This document shows positions 26,444 to 36,412 of a stretch of 64,000 bases of DNA, piece after piece. Source of the DNA: Faecousia sp. (GTDB lineage Bacteria > Bacillota > Clostridia > Oscillospirales > Oscillospiraceae); assembly GCA_034113565.1 (NCBI GenBank), contig JAXEXE010000031.1, forward strand, positions 14,885 to 78,884, in the 5' to 3' direction. Every line of letters starts with the position of its first letter. Position 1 is the first letter of the stretch. A program made the translations under genes and the position numbers. Under the pieces are notes generated by a model, which searched no databases, had not been told where the DNA came from, and saw nothing but the letters and a program-made list of their open reading frames with translations.

Positions 26444-28581
26444 TATACCGATACATAGCACAGCTTTGCCCCGGGGGCAAAGGTTCTTGGAGTCACAATG
26501 GTGTCAAACTGGACGATGACGCCCTCCCGGTCTCTGGGGACACCAATCACGGTGCCCTGGCCGAAAATCGGATGACTTACCCGTTTGCCTGCGGGATTTT
26601 CCGCCGCCTGTTTCTCCGGCACCTCCGACGTGGCAATCTGCCGCTGTGTCCGTTCCATCAGCTCGGGGTCTATAGGCGTTACATATTCCACATTTTCCGG
26701 TTCCGCATTGAACAGGAACCTGCTGGGACTGCGGAAGGAGCCATCATAATTGCTGCCGGAAGCATCGGACAGGAACAGTCTGTCCCGGGCGCGGGTGAAG
26801 GCTACATAGCACAGCCGCCGTTCCTCCTCCAGCTTTTCCCGGGTATTCGCCCGCTTGCCGGGGAAAATCCCCTCGGAAAAGCCGCATAGAAATACCACCG
26901 GAAACTCAAGGCCCTTTGCCGCGTGAATGGTCATCAGCTTCACCGCCTGAGCTTTTTCCGTCTGGTCCATGTTGGTAAACAGCGCCGCATGGTCAAGGTA
27001 GTTGCCCAGCGTTACCTCCTCCCCGGCTTTTCCCGCAAAGTCATAGATTGCCTGCTTCAGCTCCGCCAGATTGTCAAGCCGCTCTTCTTCCCCGCTGGCA
27101 CGGAGCATATCTTCATAACCGCTCTCATGTAAGATACCTGCCAGCAGGTCTGTCAAATCCATTCCGTCATAAATCGCGCGGTACTTTTCAATCAGCCGAA
27201 CATATTCCCGTGCCCGGCTCCGGCGGAACAGTTCCGTGTCCAGATTGGCTGTCAGCGCTTCGTACAGGCTGCATCCGTTCAGCTGGGCGAATTCCTTCAG
27301 AGCGGAAATTCTGGTGCGGCCCACCCCCCGGCGGGGCTCGTTCACCGTGCGGAGAAAACTGATATCATCGCCGCTGTAGACCATGCGAAGATAACACAGA
27401 ACATCCTTAATCTCCTTGCGCTTGTAGAACTCCACGCCGGAGTAGAGTACATAGGGAATCTTGCTGCGGATCAGGGATTCCTCCACGGCGCGGGACACAT
27501 AATGTGCCCGGTACAGCACACCCATGGCGGAATAGGGCATTCCGCCATCATGCAGAGCGCGCATATTCGCCGTGATCCAGTCTGCCTCCAATTGACCGGT
27601 CTTCCCGTGAAAATAAAGGGGTTTCCTGCCATCCGGGCGGACGGAGGTCAGCTGCTTTTTCAGCCGGTTTCTGTTTTTGTCAATGAGCGCGTTGGCAGCC
27701 GTCAGTATCTGGGGAACGGAACGGTAGTTGGTGTTCAGATAGATGGTTTTGGCCTGAGGGTGGCGGCTTTCAAATTCCAGAATAAAGTTCACGTCCGCAC
27801 CCCGCCAGGTGTAGATGGTCTGGTCCGGGTCCCCTACCACGAACAGATTTTTGTGGTAACCGGACAGAATTTCCGCCAAAGCATACTGGTCTTTGTCGAT
27901 ATCCTGAAATTCGTCTACCATGATGTATTCCAGCCGCTGCTGCCACTTCTCCCGAACCATCTTATCCCGCTCCAGAATGTACAGGGCAAAATACACCAGA
28001 TCGTCAAAATCCAGCCCGTAGCATTTGCGCTGCTCATAGAAATAGCGGTACAGAACTTTGTCCTTCAGCGTATTGGCAGAATCGGACAGCGTGCGAAGCT
28101 GCTCCGGGTCGCCGATCAGGGTTTTCACATATCCCCTGCCGCCCTTGCGCCAGCCGATGTGATCTACCGCTTCCTTGATGGTCAGCTCCCGGCTGGTAAT
28201 GCCCAGGTCTTCGAATACCCGGCGGAGAATGGATTCCTTGTCTTCCTCGTCCAGGACAATAAACGTGGTGGGGTACTGGACAACGTGGCAGTCCTCCTTC
28301 AGAAGCCCCACGCAGAAGCCGTGAAATGTCGTAATTCTCCCCAAGTCCTGATCCGGCAGCTGACGCCGGATACGCTTTTTCATTTCCGCCGCCGCCTTGT
28401 TGGTAAAGGTCACGCACAGAATGTTGGCTGTAGAGATGCCCAGCATTTCTACCAGATACAGATACCGTGCTGTCAGGGTTTTGGTTTTGCCGGAACCGGC
28501 TCCGGCTACCACCCGGATGTAGCCCTCGGTCGTAATCGCTGCCTCCCTCTGCTGGGGGTTCAGTTCTTCCAAATACGTCAT
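26443..28581 (-). CDS. pcrA: UvrD/PcrA family ATP-dependent DNA helicase
   Basis: VVAGAGSGKT, TFTNKAA, VDEFQD, VGDPDQTIYTWRGA, TIHAAKGLEF, EERRLCYVAFTRA, C-terminal VSHPIFGQG. Confidence 0.9.
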   Translation of the reverse strand: MTYLEELNPQQREAAITTEGYIRVVAGAGSGKTKTLTARYLYLVEMLGISTANILCVTFTNKAAAEMKKRIRRQLPDQDLGRITTFHGFCVGLLKEDCHVVQYPTTFIVLDEEDKESILRRVFEDLGITSRELTIKEAVDHIGWRKGGRGYVKTLIGDPEQLRTLSDSANTLKDKVLYRYFYEQRKCYGLDFDDLVYFALYILERDKMVREKWQQRLEYIMVDEFQDIDKDQYALAEILSGYHKNLFVVGDPDQTIYTWRGADVNFILEFESRHPQAKTIYLNTNYRSVPQILTAANALIDKNRNRLKKQLTSVRPDGRKPLYFHGKTGQLEADWITANMRALHDGGMPYSAMGVLYRAHYVSRAVEESLIRSKIPYVLYSGVEFYKRKEIKDVLCYLRMVYSGDDISFLRTVNEPRRGVGRTRISALKEFAQLNGCSLYEALTANLDTELFRRSRAREYVRLIEKYRAIYDGMDLTDLLAGILHESGYEDMLRASGEEERLDNLAELKQAIYDFAGKAGEEVTLGNYLDHAALFTNMDQTEKAQAVKLMTIHAAKGLEFPVVFLCGFSEGIFPGKRANTREKLEEERRLCYVAFTRARDRLFLSDASGSNYDGSFRSPSRFLFNAEPENVEYVTPIDPELMERTQRQIATSEVPEKQAAENPAGKRVSHPIFGQGTVIGVPRDREGVIVQFDTIVTPRTFAPGAKLCYVSV

Positions 28582-28685
28582 TTATGCAGCGCCTCCTTTG
28601 GAGGAAGGATAGCATCCTTCCAGTCCAATAAACCGGGCACGATTGAAACATCTGTCAAAATCCATGGATTCTCAACATTTTTCTC

Positions 28686-28714
28686 TTGCATTATTCCGTG
28701 CAGCGTGGTATAAT
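28686..28714 (+). promoter_or_regulatory. SigA promoter of the aro operon leader
   Basis: TTGCAT-N17-TATAAT with an extended -10 TG. Confidence 0.8.
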
Positions 28715-28746
28715 GTCCGCAGCTAAAGGACTTGGAGGTACTTTCC

Positions 28747-28815
28747 ATGGTTCGGGATTGTACGGTCAGCGCTTTCTTTTATCGCTACTATTACTTTTTT
28801 CACCTGAAAAAGTAA
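28747..28815 (+). CDS. Phe/Tyr attenuator leader peptide, MVRDCTVSAFFYRYYYFFHLKK
   Basis: RBS GGAGG at 28734-28738. Eight of nine consecutive codons are Phe or Tyr, directly upstream of an aromatic biosynthesis operon. Confidence 0.85.
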   Translation: MVRDCTVSAFFYRYYYFFHLKK

Positions 28816-28898
28816 TAGCGATTTGTGCTGCAAAGAATCCCAAGGCTGAATCAAGTATTTGAGCGCCGCACGAATTGCCCGTGCGGCGCTTATTTTTT
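28781..28898 (+). promoter_or_regulatory. Transcription attenuator with 1:2, 2:3 and 3:4 hairpins
   Basis: 1:2 atcgcta..ttacttttt/aaaaagtaatagcgat. 2:3 pairs 28818-28831 with 28865-28878 (13 of 14 positions). 3:4 is an 11-bp stem at 28862-28890 plus a U-tract. Confidence 0.85.
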
Positions 28899-28914
28899 AG
28901 GAGATGTGTAAATT

Positions 28915-29916
28915 ATGATCGCGATTCTGAAACCCGGCACCACCCCCGAGCAGACCCAGCATCTTGTAAGCTGGCTGAAAACCATGAATCTGGATGTCCA
29001 TATTTCTCAGGGCGCGGAAGTCACCGTTCTGGGACTGATTGGAGACACCAGCCGCGTGGATATGGACCTTCTGAAAAGTCTGGAAATGGTAGAAACGGTC
29101 AAGCGGGTCTCTGAACCCTTCAAGCAGGCAAACCGAAAATTTCATCCTCAGGACACCATTGTTGAGGCGGGCAGCGCCAGAATCGGCGGCGGCTACTTTG
29201 CCATGATCGCCGGTCCCTGCTCCGTGGAATCCGAGGAGCAGATCATTGAAGTGGCCCAGGCGGTGAAAGCCTCCGGCGCAACCATGCTTCGCGGCGGCGC
29301 CTTCAAGCCCCGCACCTCCCCCTACGCCTTCCAGGGCATGAAGGGCGAGGGTATCCAGCTGCTGCTGAAGGCCAAGGAAGCCACCGGCCTTCCCATCGTG
29401 ACAGAGCTGATGAACATTTCCACCCTGGATCTGTTTGCGGATGTGGACGTCATTCAGGTGGGTGCGCGGAATATGCAGAATTTTGACCTTCTGAAGGAGC
29501 TGGGCAAAACCAAGAAGCCCATCCTGCTGAAGCGGGGCCTTGCCAACACCATTCAGGAGCTGCTCATGAGCGCGGAGTACATCATGAGCGAGGGCAATGA
29601 GAACGTCATTCTCTGCGAGCGGGGCATCCGTACCTTTGAGACCGCCACCCGCAATACCCTGGACCTGTCCGCCGTAGCTGTGCTGCACCACCTGACCCAC
29701 CTGCCTGTGGTGGTCGATCCCAGCCATGCCACCGGCAAGGCTGATCTGGTTGCACCCATGGCCTATGCGGCAACCGCCGCCGGTGCCGACGGCATCATGG
29801 TGGAGGTGCACAACAATCCTGCCTGCGCTCTGTGCGACGGTGCCCAGTCCCTGACCCCGCCCCAGTTTGACGAGCTGAGCCGGAAGGTGCAGAAGATTCG
29901 TGAGGTTCTGGTATGA
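28915..29916 (+). CDS. aroF: DAHP synthase (type I-beta, N-terminal regulatory domain)
   Basis: [52 protein letters not shown]. Confidence 0.95.
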   Translation: MIAILKPGTTPEQTQHLVSWLKTMNLDVHISQGAEVTVLGLIGDTSRVDMDLLKSLEMVETVKRVSEPFKQANRKFHPQDTIVEAGSARIGGGYFAMIAGPCSVESEEQIIEVAQAVKASGATMLRGGAFKPRTSPYAFQGMKGEGIQLLLKAKEATGLPIVTELMNISTLDLFADVDVIQVGARNMQNFDLLKELGKTKKPILLKRGLANTIQELLMSAEYIMSEGNENVILCERGIRTFETATRNTLDLSAVAVLHHLTHLPVVVDPSHATGKADLVAPMAYAATAAGADGIMVEVHNNPACALCDGAQSLTPPQFDELSRKVQKIREVLV

Positions 29917-30743
29917 ATGTTGGTATTCTGGGTCTCGGCCTGATCGGCGGTTCCCTTGCCCAGGCCTATGCGCTGGAAGGGCACACCGTTTACGCGATTC
30001 AGAGAAACGAGGCCATGCTGTCCTTTGCCATGCTGGCGGGCGCGGTGCATGGCAAGCTGAATGAAGAGACCATTCCCAAGTGCGACCTGATTCTGCTGGC
30101 AATCTACCCCGACGGCAGCGCCTCCTGGCTGGAAAAGAACGCCCCTCTGATTTCCAAAAACGCACTGGTGCTTGACTGCTGCGGAGTGAAGCGGGAAATC
30201 TGCACCCGGTGTTTCCCTGTGGCAAAGCAGTACGGGTTTACCTTTGTAGGCGGGCATCCTATGGCCGGTTCCCAGTTCTCCGGCTTCAAATACAGCCGGG
30301 CTGATTTGTTTGCCGGCGCACCCATGGTGCTGGTGCCCGCGGTGTTTGACGATATTGCCCTGCTTCAGCGGGTCAAGGACGCCCTGAAGCCCTGTCATTT
30401 CGGCTTCTTTTCCGTCACCACCGCGGAAGATCACGACAAGATGATTGCCTTCACCTCCCAGATGCCCCACATTCTGAGCAACGCCTTTATCAAATCCCCC
30501 ACCGCCCTGAAGCACAAGGGCTTCTCGGCAGGCAGCTATAAGGATTTGACGAGAGTCGCGTGGCTGAATCCGCAAATGTGGGCGGAGCTGTTTCTGGAAA
30601 ACCGGGACAACGTTCTGTTTGAACTGGACTACTATATTGAAAGCTTGAAGCAATACCAGCAGGCCATCCGGGATGAGGATATGGATGCTCTGGTGCAGCT
30701 GCTGGACGAGGGCAGGAAGCGAAAGGAAGAGGTGGACGGATGA
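29913..30743 (+). CDS. tyrA: Prephenate dehydrogenase
   Basis: GLGLIGGS, GGHPMAGS, HDKMIAFTSQMPH, GSYKDLTRVA. Confidence 0.92.
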   Translation: MNVGILGLGLIGGSLAQAYALEGHTVYAIQRNEAMLSFAMLAGAVHGKLNEETIPKCDLILLAIYPDGSASWLEKNAPLISKNALVLDCCGVKREICTRCFPVAKQYGFTFVGGHPMAGSQFSGFKYSRADLFAGAPMVLVPAVFDDIALLQRVKDALKPCHFGFFSVTTAEDHDKMIAFTSQMPHILSNAFIKSPTALKHKGFSAGSYKDLTRVAWLNPQMWAELFLENRDNVLFELDYYIESLKQYQQAIRDEDMDALVQLLDEGRKRKEEVDG

Positions 30744-31774
30744 ATACCGTAACCGTCAGCGCATCCAAAACCTATGACATTCTCATTGGCAGCGGTCTGC
30801 TGCCTCAGCTGGGAGCACAGGTAAAAAAGCTTGGCAAGGCCTCGAAAATCTGCGTGGTCAGCGAGACTACCGTCTTTCCTCTCTACGGGAAAACAGTGAC
30901 GGAAAGTCTGGAAGACGCCGGGTTTTCTGTGGTGAATTTCGTTTTCCCCGCCGGAGAGGAAAGCAAAAACGGCTCTGTTTTTCTGGAACTTCTGAATTTT
31001 CTGGCGCAGAGCGGGCTGACACGTACAGATATCGTCGTTGCCTTGGGCGGCGGCGTGACCGGCGACCTTGCCGGGTTCGCGGCGGCAAGCTTCCTGCGGG
31101 GTATTCGCTTTGTTCAGGTCCCCACTACCCTGCTGGCAGCGGTGGATTCCTCGGTAGGCGGCAAAACCGCCATCGATCTGCCCGCAGGCAAGAATCTGGC
31201 AGGTGCTTTCTGCCAGCCCAGTCTGGTGCTGTGTGATACCGACACCCTGGATACCCTGCCCACCGATATTTTCCGGGACGGCTGCGCCGAAGTCATCAAG
31301 TACGGTATTCTGTACGACCCCGTGCTGTTCGCCCACTTGGAAGAAAAAGGGCTGGACTTTGACCGGGAGGCCGTTATCACCCGGTGCGTGGAATTAAAAC
31401 GGGATGTTGTCATGGAGGACGAATTCGACACCGGGGCAAGAATGAAGCTGAATCTGGGCCACACCATCGGGCATGGTGTGGAAGCTAAGAGCAATTTCAC
31501 CCTGTCCCACGGGAAATCCGTTGCCATCGGCATGGCAATCGTCAGCCGGGCCTGCGGCTGTGTGGATACCCCCCGGATACTGGCAATTCTACGCCAGTTT
31601 GGCCTTCCAACCACCACGGAAGACACCGCCGACGAAATTCTCTCCTACGCCTTGTCCGATAAGAAGCGCTCCGGCGATTTGGTAAAGCTGATTCTTCCCA
31701 ATGCCATCGGCGACTGCGCCATCGTTCCGACACCGGTTAGTAAACTGAAATCCTTCATTCAGGCGGGGCTGTAA
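30740..31774 (+). CDS. aroB: 3-dehydroquinate synthase
   Basis: GGGVTGDLAGF, PTTLLAAVDSSVGGKT, LNLGHTIGH. Confidence 0.95.
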   Translation: MNTVTVSASKTYDILIGSGLLPQLGAQVKKLGKASKICVVSETTVFPLYGKTVTESLEDAGFSVVNFVFPAGEESKNGSVFLELLNFLAQSGLTRTDIVVALGGGVTGDLAGFAAASFLRGIRFVQVPTTLLAAVDSSVGGKTAIDLPAGKNLAGAFCQPSLVLCDTDTLDTLPTDIFRDGCAEVIKYGILYDPVLFAHLEEKGLDFDREAVITRCVELKRDVVMEDEFDTGARMKLNLGHTIGHGVEAKSNFTLSHGKSVAIGMAIVSRACGCVDTPRILAILRQFGLPTTTEDTADEILSYALSDKKRSGDLVKLILPNAIGDCAIVPTPVSKLKSFIQAGL

Positions 31775-31776
31775 TT

Positions 31777-32967
31777 ATGGATATTACCATTCAACCCCGA
31801 AGCTTGCGGGGAGACATCACAATCATTCCTTCCAAGTCTCAGGCCCACCGGCTGCTGATCTGCGCTGCCTTTGCGGATGCGCCAACCATTCTTCACTGCC
31901 CGGAAACCAACCGGGATATGGATGCTACCGCCGGATGCCTGAACGCGCTGGGTGCGCAAATTGAAAAAACGAAGACAGGCTACACCGTCGCTCCCGTGCG
32001 GCATACTCCTGATAAGGCGGAGCTGAACTGCCACGACAGCGGCTCTACCCTGCGGTTTCTGCTGCCGGTTGCCGGTGCGCTGGGTGTGGACACTACTTTT
32101 CACATGGAGGGAAGGCTCCCGCAGCGGCCCCTGTCTCCCATGTGGGAGGAAATGGAACGGATGGGCTGCATTCTGACCCGTCCCACTACCGACACCATTC
32201 GCTGCACCGGAAAGCTGAAAGCCGGACACTACCGCATTGACGGCAGCGTATCCAGCCAGTATATTACCGGCCTGCTGCTGGCACTTTCCCTGCTGGATGC
32301 CCCCAGCGCGCTGGAAATCACCGGAAAGGTCGAGTCCAAGCCGTATATTCAAATGACGAAGGACGCCGTTTCCCTGTTTGGCGCGGACCCGGAGCATCCC
32401 GGCGCGGTGCGGTTCCATTCCCCGGGAAGCCTGACCGTGGAGGGAGACTGGAGCAACGGCGCGTTCTTCCTTGCCGCCAACGCTTTGGGAAGTCAACTCA
32501 ATATCCACGGGCTGAAACCGGATTCTTCTCAGGGGGATCGGGCAGCGGCAGAACTGCTGCCGAGGCTGTTGGAAGGTGTGCAGGTGATCGAAGCCGGAGA
32601 TATTCCGGATCTGGTACCGATCCTGTCCGTGGTTGCAGCCTGCTGCCACGGCGCGGAATTTGCGAACATCCGGCGGCTGCGGCTGAAGGAATCCGATCGG
32701 GTAGCTTCCGTTATCGCCATGATTACGGCTCTTGGCGGCAGGGCGAAAGCAGACGAGAATACGCTTCGCGTTTTCGGCACCGGACTGACCGGCGGAACGG
32801 TGGACAGCGTCAACGATCACCGCATCGCCATGTCCGCCGCGATTGCCGCTACCGTCTGTAGGGAGCCGGTGACGATTCTCGGCGCGGATTGTGTCAAAAA
32901 ATCGTATCCCAAGTTTTTTGAGGAATACCGCCGGTTAGGAGGAAATTATGAGCAGCACCTACGGTGA
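31777..32967 (+). CDS. aroA: EPSP synthase
   Basis: PSKSQAHR, SGSTLRF, SSQYITG, EGDWS, RLKESDR, DHRIAM, KSYPKF. Confidence 0.95.
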   Translation: MDITIQPRSLRGDITIIPSKSQAHRLLICAAFADAPTILHCPETNRDMDATAGCLNALGAQIEKTKTGYTVAPVRHTPDKAELNCHDSGSTLRFLLPVAGALGVDTTFHMEGRLPQRPLSPMWEEMERMGCILTRPTTDTIRCTGKLKAGHYRIDGSVSSQYITGLLLALSLLDAPSALEITGKVESKPYIQMTKDAVSLFGADPEHPGAVRFHSPGSLTVEGDWSNGAFFLAANALGSQLNIHGLKPDSSQGDRAAAELLPRLLEGVQVIEAGDIPDLVPILSVVAACCHGAEFANIRRLRLKESDRVASVIAMITALGGRAKADENTLRVFGTGLTGGTVDSVNDHRIAMSAAIAATVCREPVTILGADCVKKSYPKFFEEYRRLGGNYEQHLR

Positions 32968-34039
32968 AAATTTGAAACTGACCATTTTCGGGCAGTCCCA
33001 CGGAGCCGCCGTCGGCATGACGCTGGACGGAATACCGGCGGGGCTTCCCGTGGATTTTGAGGAATTACAGGCATTTCTGAACAGAAGAGCCCCGGGGCAG
33101 AATTGCTGGTCTACCCCCCGGAAGGAGGAGGACCGCCCGGATTTCCTGGCGGGGATTCTGGATGGCTTTACCTGCGGCGCGCCCATTGCCGCCGTCATTC
33201 ACAACACAAACACCCGCTCCGGTGACTACACCAACCTGCGCGACTGCCCCCGCCCGGGACACGCGGACTACACTGCTCAGGTCAAGTATGGCGGCTTTCA
33301 GGACGCGGCAGGCGGCGGGCATTTCTCCGGGCGGCTGACGGCGCCCCTGTGCATCGCGGGAGGGCTGTGCAAACAGTGGCTGGCGGAACGGGGCATTCGC
33401 GTTGCCGCGCGGATTGCAGCCATTGCCGGAGTAGAGGATAATTTCGAGGTGAATCCCCTGAACCCCCAGTTAGATTTGATCGGAAACGATTTTCCCGTTT
33501 TCTCCCCGGATGCCGGGGCGCGGATGCGGGAGAAAATTGCCGAGGCAAGGTCGGATTGTGACAGTGTCGGCGGCATCATCGAGTGCTACATCATCGGAGT
33601 GCCTGCCGGATTGGGAGAGCCGATGTTCGGCGGTGTGGAAAGCCGGATTGCCCAGATTGTTTACGGCGTGCCTGCCGTGAAATCCGTGGAATTTGGCGTT
33701 GGCTGTGAAGCCGCCAATTTGCGCGGCAGCCAGTGCAACGATGCCTTTACCATTGACGATGGGCAAATCTGCACGATGACCAACAACGCGGGCGGTATTC
33801 TTGGCGGCATTACCAATGGAATGCCCGTGATTTTCCGGGCCGCCATCAAGCCCACGCCGTCCATCTCCCGGCCCCAGCAGAGCGTCTGCCTGAGCAAGGG
33901 AGCGGTGCAGGAGCTGGTGGTAAAAGGCCGTCACGATCCCTGCATTGTCCCCAGAGCGGTTCCCGTGATTGAGGCGGCTGCGGCTATCGCCATGTTTGAC
34001 CTGATTCTTGGGAATACACAGACAGACAGGAGGAAGTAA
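32948..34039 (+). CDS. aroC: Chorismate synthase
   Basis: FGQSHG, PRPGHADY, GGHFSGRLTA, GGILGGIT, KPTPSI, GRHDPCI. Confidence 0.95.
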   Translation: MSSTYGENLKLTIFGQSHGAAVGMTLDGIPAGLPVDFEELQAFLNRRAPGQNCWSTPRKEEDRPDFLAGILDGFTCGAPIAAVIHNTNTRSGDYTNLRDCPRPGHADYTAQVKYGGFQDAAGGGHFSGRLTAPLCIAGGLCKQWLAERGIRVAARIAAIAGVEDNFEVNPLNPQLDLIGNDFPVFSPDAGARMREKIAEARSDCDSVGGIIECYIIGVPAGLGEPMFGGVESRIAQIVYGVPAVKSVEFGVGCEAANLRGSQCNDAFTIDDGQICTMTNNAGGILGGITNGMPVIFRAAIKPTPSISRPQQSVCLSKGAVQELVVKGRHDPCIVPRAVPVIEAAAAIAMFDLILGNTQTDRRK

Positions 34040-34043
34040 AGCC

Positions 34044-35186
34044 ATGGATTTGTCAGAAATCCGTCAGCAAATTGACGAAATCGATCAGGAGCTGGTGGAG
34101 CTGTTCTGCCGGCGGATGAGCCTGTCCGCACAGGTTGCCGACTACAAAAAAGCCAACAATCTGCCGATTTTTGTTCCCGCCCGGGAGCGGGCAATCCTAC
34201 AGAAGGTGGCGGAACTGGCAGGCCCGGAGATGGAAAACTATACCCGGGTACTGTACTCCATGCTCTTCGAGCTGAGCCGCAGCTACCAGAGCAAGCGCAA
34301 CGGTGAAATCAGCCCGCTGTACCAGTCCATTTCCAAGGCCATTGAGGAAACACCAAAGCTATTCCCTCAGGCGCCTACCGTCGCCTGTCAGGGTGTGGAG
34401 GGAGCCTACTCCCAGATTGCCTGTGAGAAAATCTTCAAAAGTCCCTTCATTATGTATTTCAAAAACTTTGAGGGAGTATTCAACGCCATTGAGCAGGGTA
34501 TGTGCCAATACGGCGTTCTGCCCATTGAGAATTCCACGGCAGGCTCCGTCACCAAGGTTTACGACCTGATGATCCGGCACAATTTCTCCATCGTCCGCAC
34601 TTTCCGACTGAAGGTGGACCACAATCTGCTGGCAAATCCTGGCGCTTCCCTTGCCAACATCAAGACCATCTATTCCCACGAACAGGCCATTAATCAATGC
34701 AGCGACTTCCTTCGCGGTCTGCCCGGTGTCAACGTGGTCGCCGTGGAAAACACCGCAATGGCGGCGGAAATGGTAGCGAAATCCGGTGAGAAGGACGTGG
34801 CCGCCCTGTCCAGCCGCTCCTGTGCGGAGCTGTACGGGCTGAGCTGCCTTGCCGCCTCCGTGCAGGACAAGGGCAACAACCGCACCCGGTTTATCTGCAT
34901 CAGTAAAAATCTGGAAATCTACCCCGGCTCCGACAAAACCAGCATCATGATGGTTCTCCCCCATAAACCCGGCGCCCTGTATAAGGTGCTGGCGCGGCTT
35001 TACACTCTGGGCATCAACGTGACCAAGCTGGAATCCCGGCCCATTCCCGACCGGGAGTTTGAGTTCATGTTCTACTTTGATCTGGATACTTCTATTTATT
35101 CGGAGGAATACGTGCAGCTCATGTGTGAGCTGAACGAATTGTGCGAGGAATTTAAGTATCTGGGCAGCTATACCGAGGTGATTTGA
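34044..35186 (+). CDS. pheA: Chorismate mutase / prephenate dehydratase
   Basis: AroQ-type CM N-terminus (IRQQIDEIDQ), QGVEGAYS, PIENSTAG, NRTRF, ACT domain (TKLESRP). Confidence 0.93.
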   Translation: MDLSEIRQQIDEIDQELVELFCRRMSLSAQVADYKKANNLPIFVPARERAILQKVAELAGPEMENYTRVLYSMLFELSRSYQSKRNGEISPLYQSISKAIEETPKLFPQAPTVACQGVEGAYSQIACEKIFKSPFIMYFKNFEGVFNAIEQGMCQYGVLPIENSTAGSVTKVYDLMIRHNFSIVRTFRLKVDHNLLANPGASLANIKTIYSHEQAINQCSDFLRGLPGVNVVAVENTAMAAEMVAKSGEKDVAALSSRSCAELYGLSCLAASVQDKGNNRTRFICISKNLEIYPGSDKTSIMMVLPHKPGALYKVLARLYTLGINVTKLESRPIPDREFEFMFYFDLDTSIYSEEYVQLMCELNELCEEFKYLGSYTEVI

Positions 35187-36412
35187 TGAAATGCGGCTTA
35201 TTGGGGCGGAAGCTGGGACACAGCTATTCCCCCCAGATTCACGGGATGCTGGGCGATTATTCCTATGCGCTTTTTGAAAAAGAGCCGGAACAGCTGGCTT
35301 CTTTTCTCAAGGATGGGGATTTTACCGGAATCAATGTGACCATTCCCTACAAAAAAGATGTGATTCCCTACCTGGAGGAGCTGTCCCCCGCCGCCCGGAA
35401 AATCGGTTCCGTGAATACCATCGTCCGCAGAGCAGATGGTACGCTCTATGGGCACAACTCCGATTATTTTGGCTTTGTCTCACTGGTAAGGCACTGCGGT
35501 ATCGCTGTGGATGGGAAAAAGGCTCTGGTTCTGGGCAGCGGCGGCACCTCCAATATGGTGGTGACAGCGCTGACGGATTTGGGCGCTGCGCCCGTTGTGA
35601 TTTCCCGCTCCGGGGAAAACAACTACGACAATCTGCACCTGCACGCCGATGCGTCCGTGATCGTCAATGCAACACCCGTAGGTATGTACCCAAATACCGG
35701 CGTCTCCCCCATTGACCTGAACCGCTTTCCCAAATTGGAGGGCGTGCTGGATGTGATCTACAATCCCGCGAAAACCAAATTGCTGCTGGATGCCGAAGCT
35801 TTGGGTATCCCCCACGAAAACGGCCTGTGGATGCTGGTTGCCCAGGCAAAGGAAGCATCGGAATGCTTTACGGGAAAGAAGCTGCCGGACAGCTGCATTG
35901 GAAAAATCCATCACATTTTGTCCTGTCAGATGAAAAACATCGTCCTCATTGGGATGCCCGGCTGCGGAAAAAGCACCGTAGGCAAACTATTGGCGGAGAA
36001 ACTGGGACGGTCATTCGTGGATGCCGATGAAAAAATCATCCAATTGGCAGGAAAGTCCATTCCCGAGATTTTCGCCCAGGACGGAGAAGAAGTCTTCCGC
36101 AAATGGGAGACGGCAGCGCTGGAGAATTTGGGCAAGCAATCCGGTTTGGTGATCGCCACCGGCGGCGGCTGTGTCACCCGGATGCGCAACTACCCTGCCC
36201 TTCATCAGAACGGTAACATGATCTGGCTGGAGCGGGACTCGTCCCTGCTGCCAACAGACGGGCGGCCTTTGTCTCAGGCCAACCGTTTGGAGGAAATGTA
36301 TGCTGTTCGAAAGCCCATGTACGAATCCTTCGCGGATGTTCGGGTGGAAAACGCCGGAAGTCCGGAGCAGACTGTGGGCGAAATTTTGTCACAGCTGGAG
36401 GAATTGTCATGA
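35183..36412 (+). CDS. aroE: Shikimate dehydrogenase-shikimate kinase fusion (AroE-AroK)
   Basis: HSYSPQIH, NVTIPYK, SVNT, NSDYFG, LGSGG, followed by the kinase P-loop IGMPGCGKS and ATGGG. Confidence 0.9.
   Translation: MMKCGLLGRKLGHSYSPQIHGMLGDYSYALFEKEPEQLASFLKDGDFTGINVTIPYKKDVIPYLEELSPAARKIGSVNTIVRRADGTLYGHNSDYFGFVSLVRHCGIAVDGKKALVLGSGGTSNMVVTALTDLGAAPVVISRSGENNYDNLHLHADASVIVNATPVGMYPNTGVSPIDLNRFPKLEGVLDVIYNPAKTKLLLDAEALGIPHENGLWMLVAQAKEASECFTGKKLPDSCIGKIHHILSCQMKNIVLIGMPGCGKSTVGKLLAEKLGRSFVDADEKIIQLAGKSIPEIFAQDGEEVFRKWETAALENLGKQSGLVIATGGGCVTRMRNYPALHQNGNMIWLERDSSLLPTDGRPLSQANRLEEMYAVRKPMYESFADVRVENAGSPEQTVGEILSQLEELS

Noticed and set aside
26443-28680. LexA boxes upstream of pcrA, addB or recN
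   Set aside because: No convincing GAAC-N4-GTTC was seen by eye in their upstream regions.
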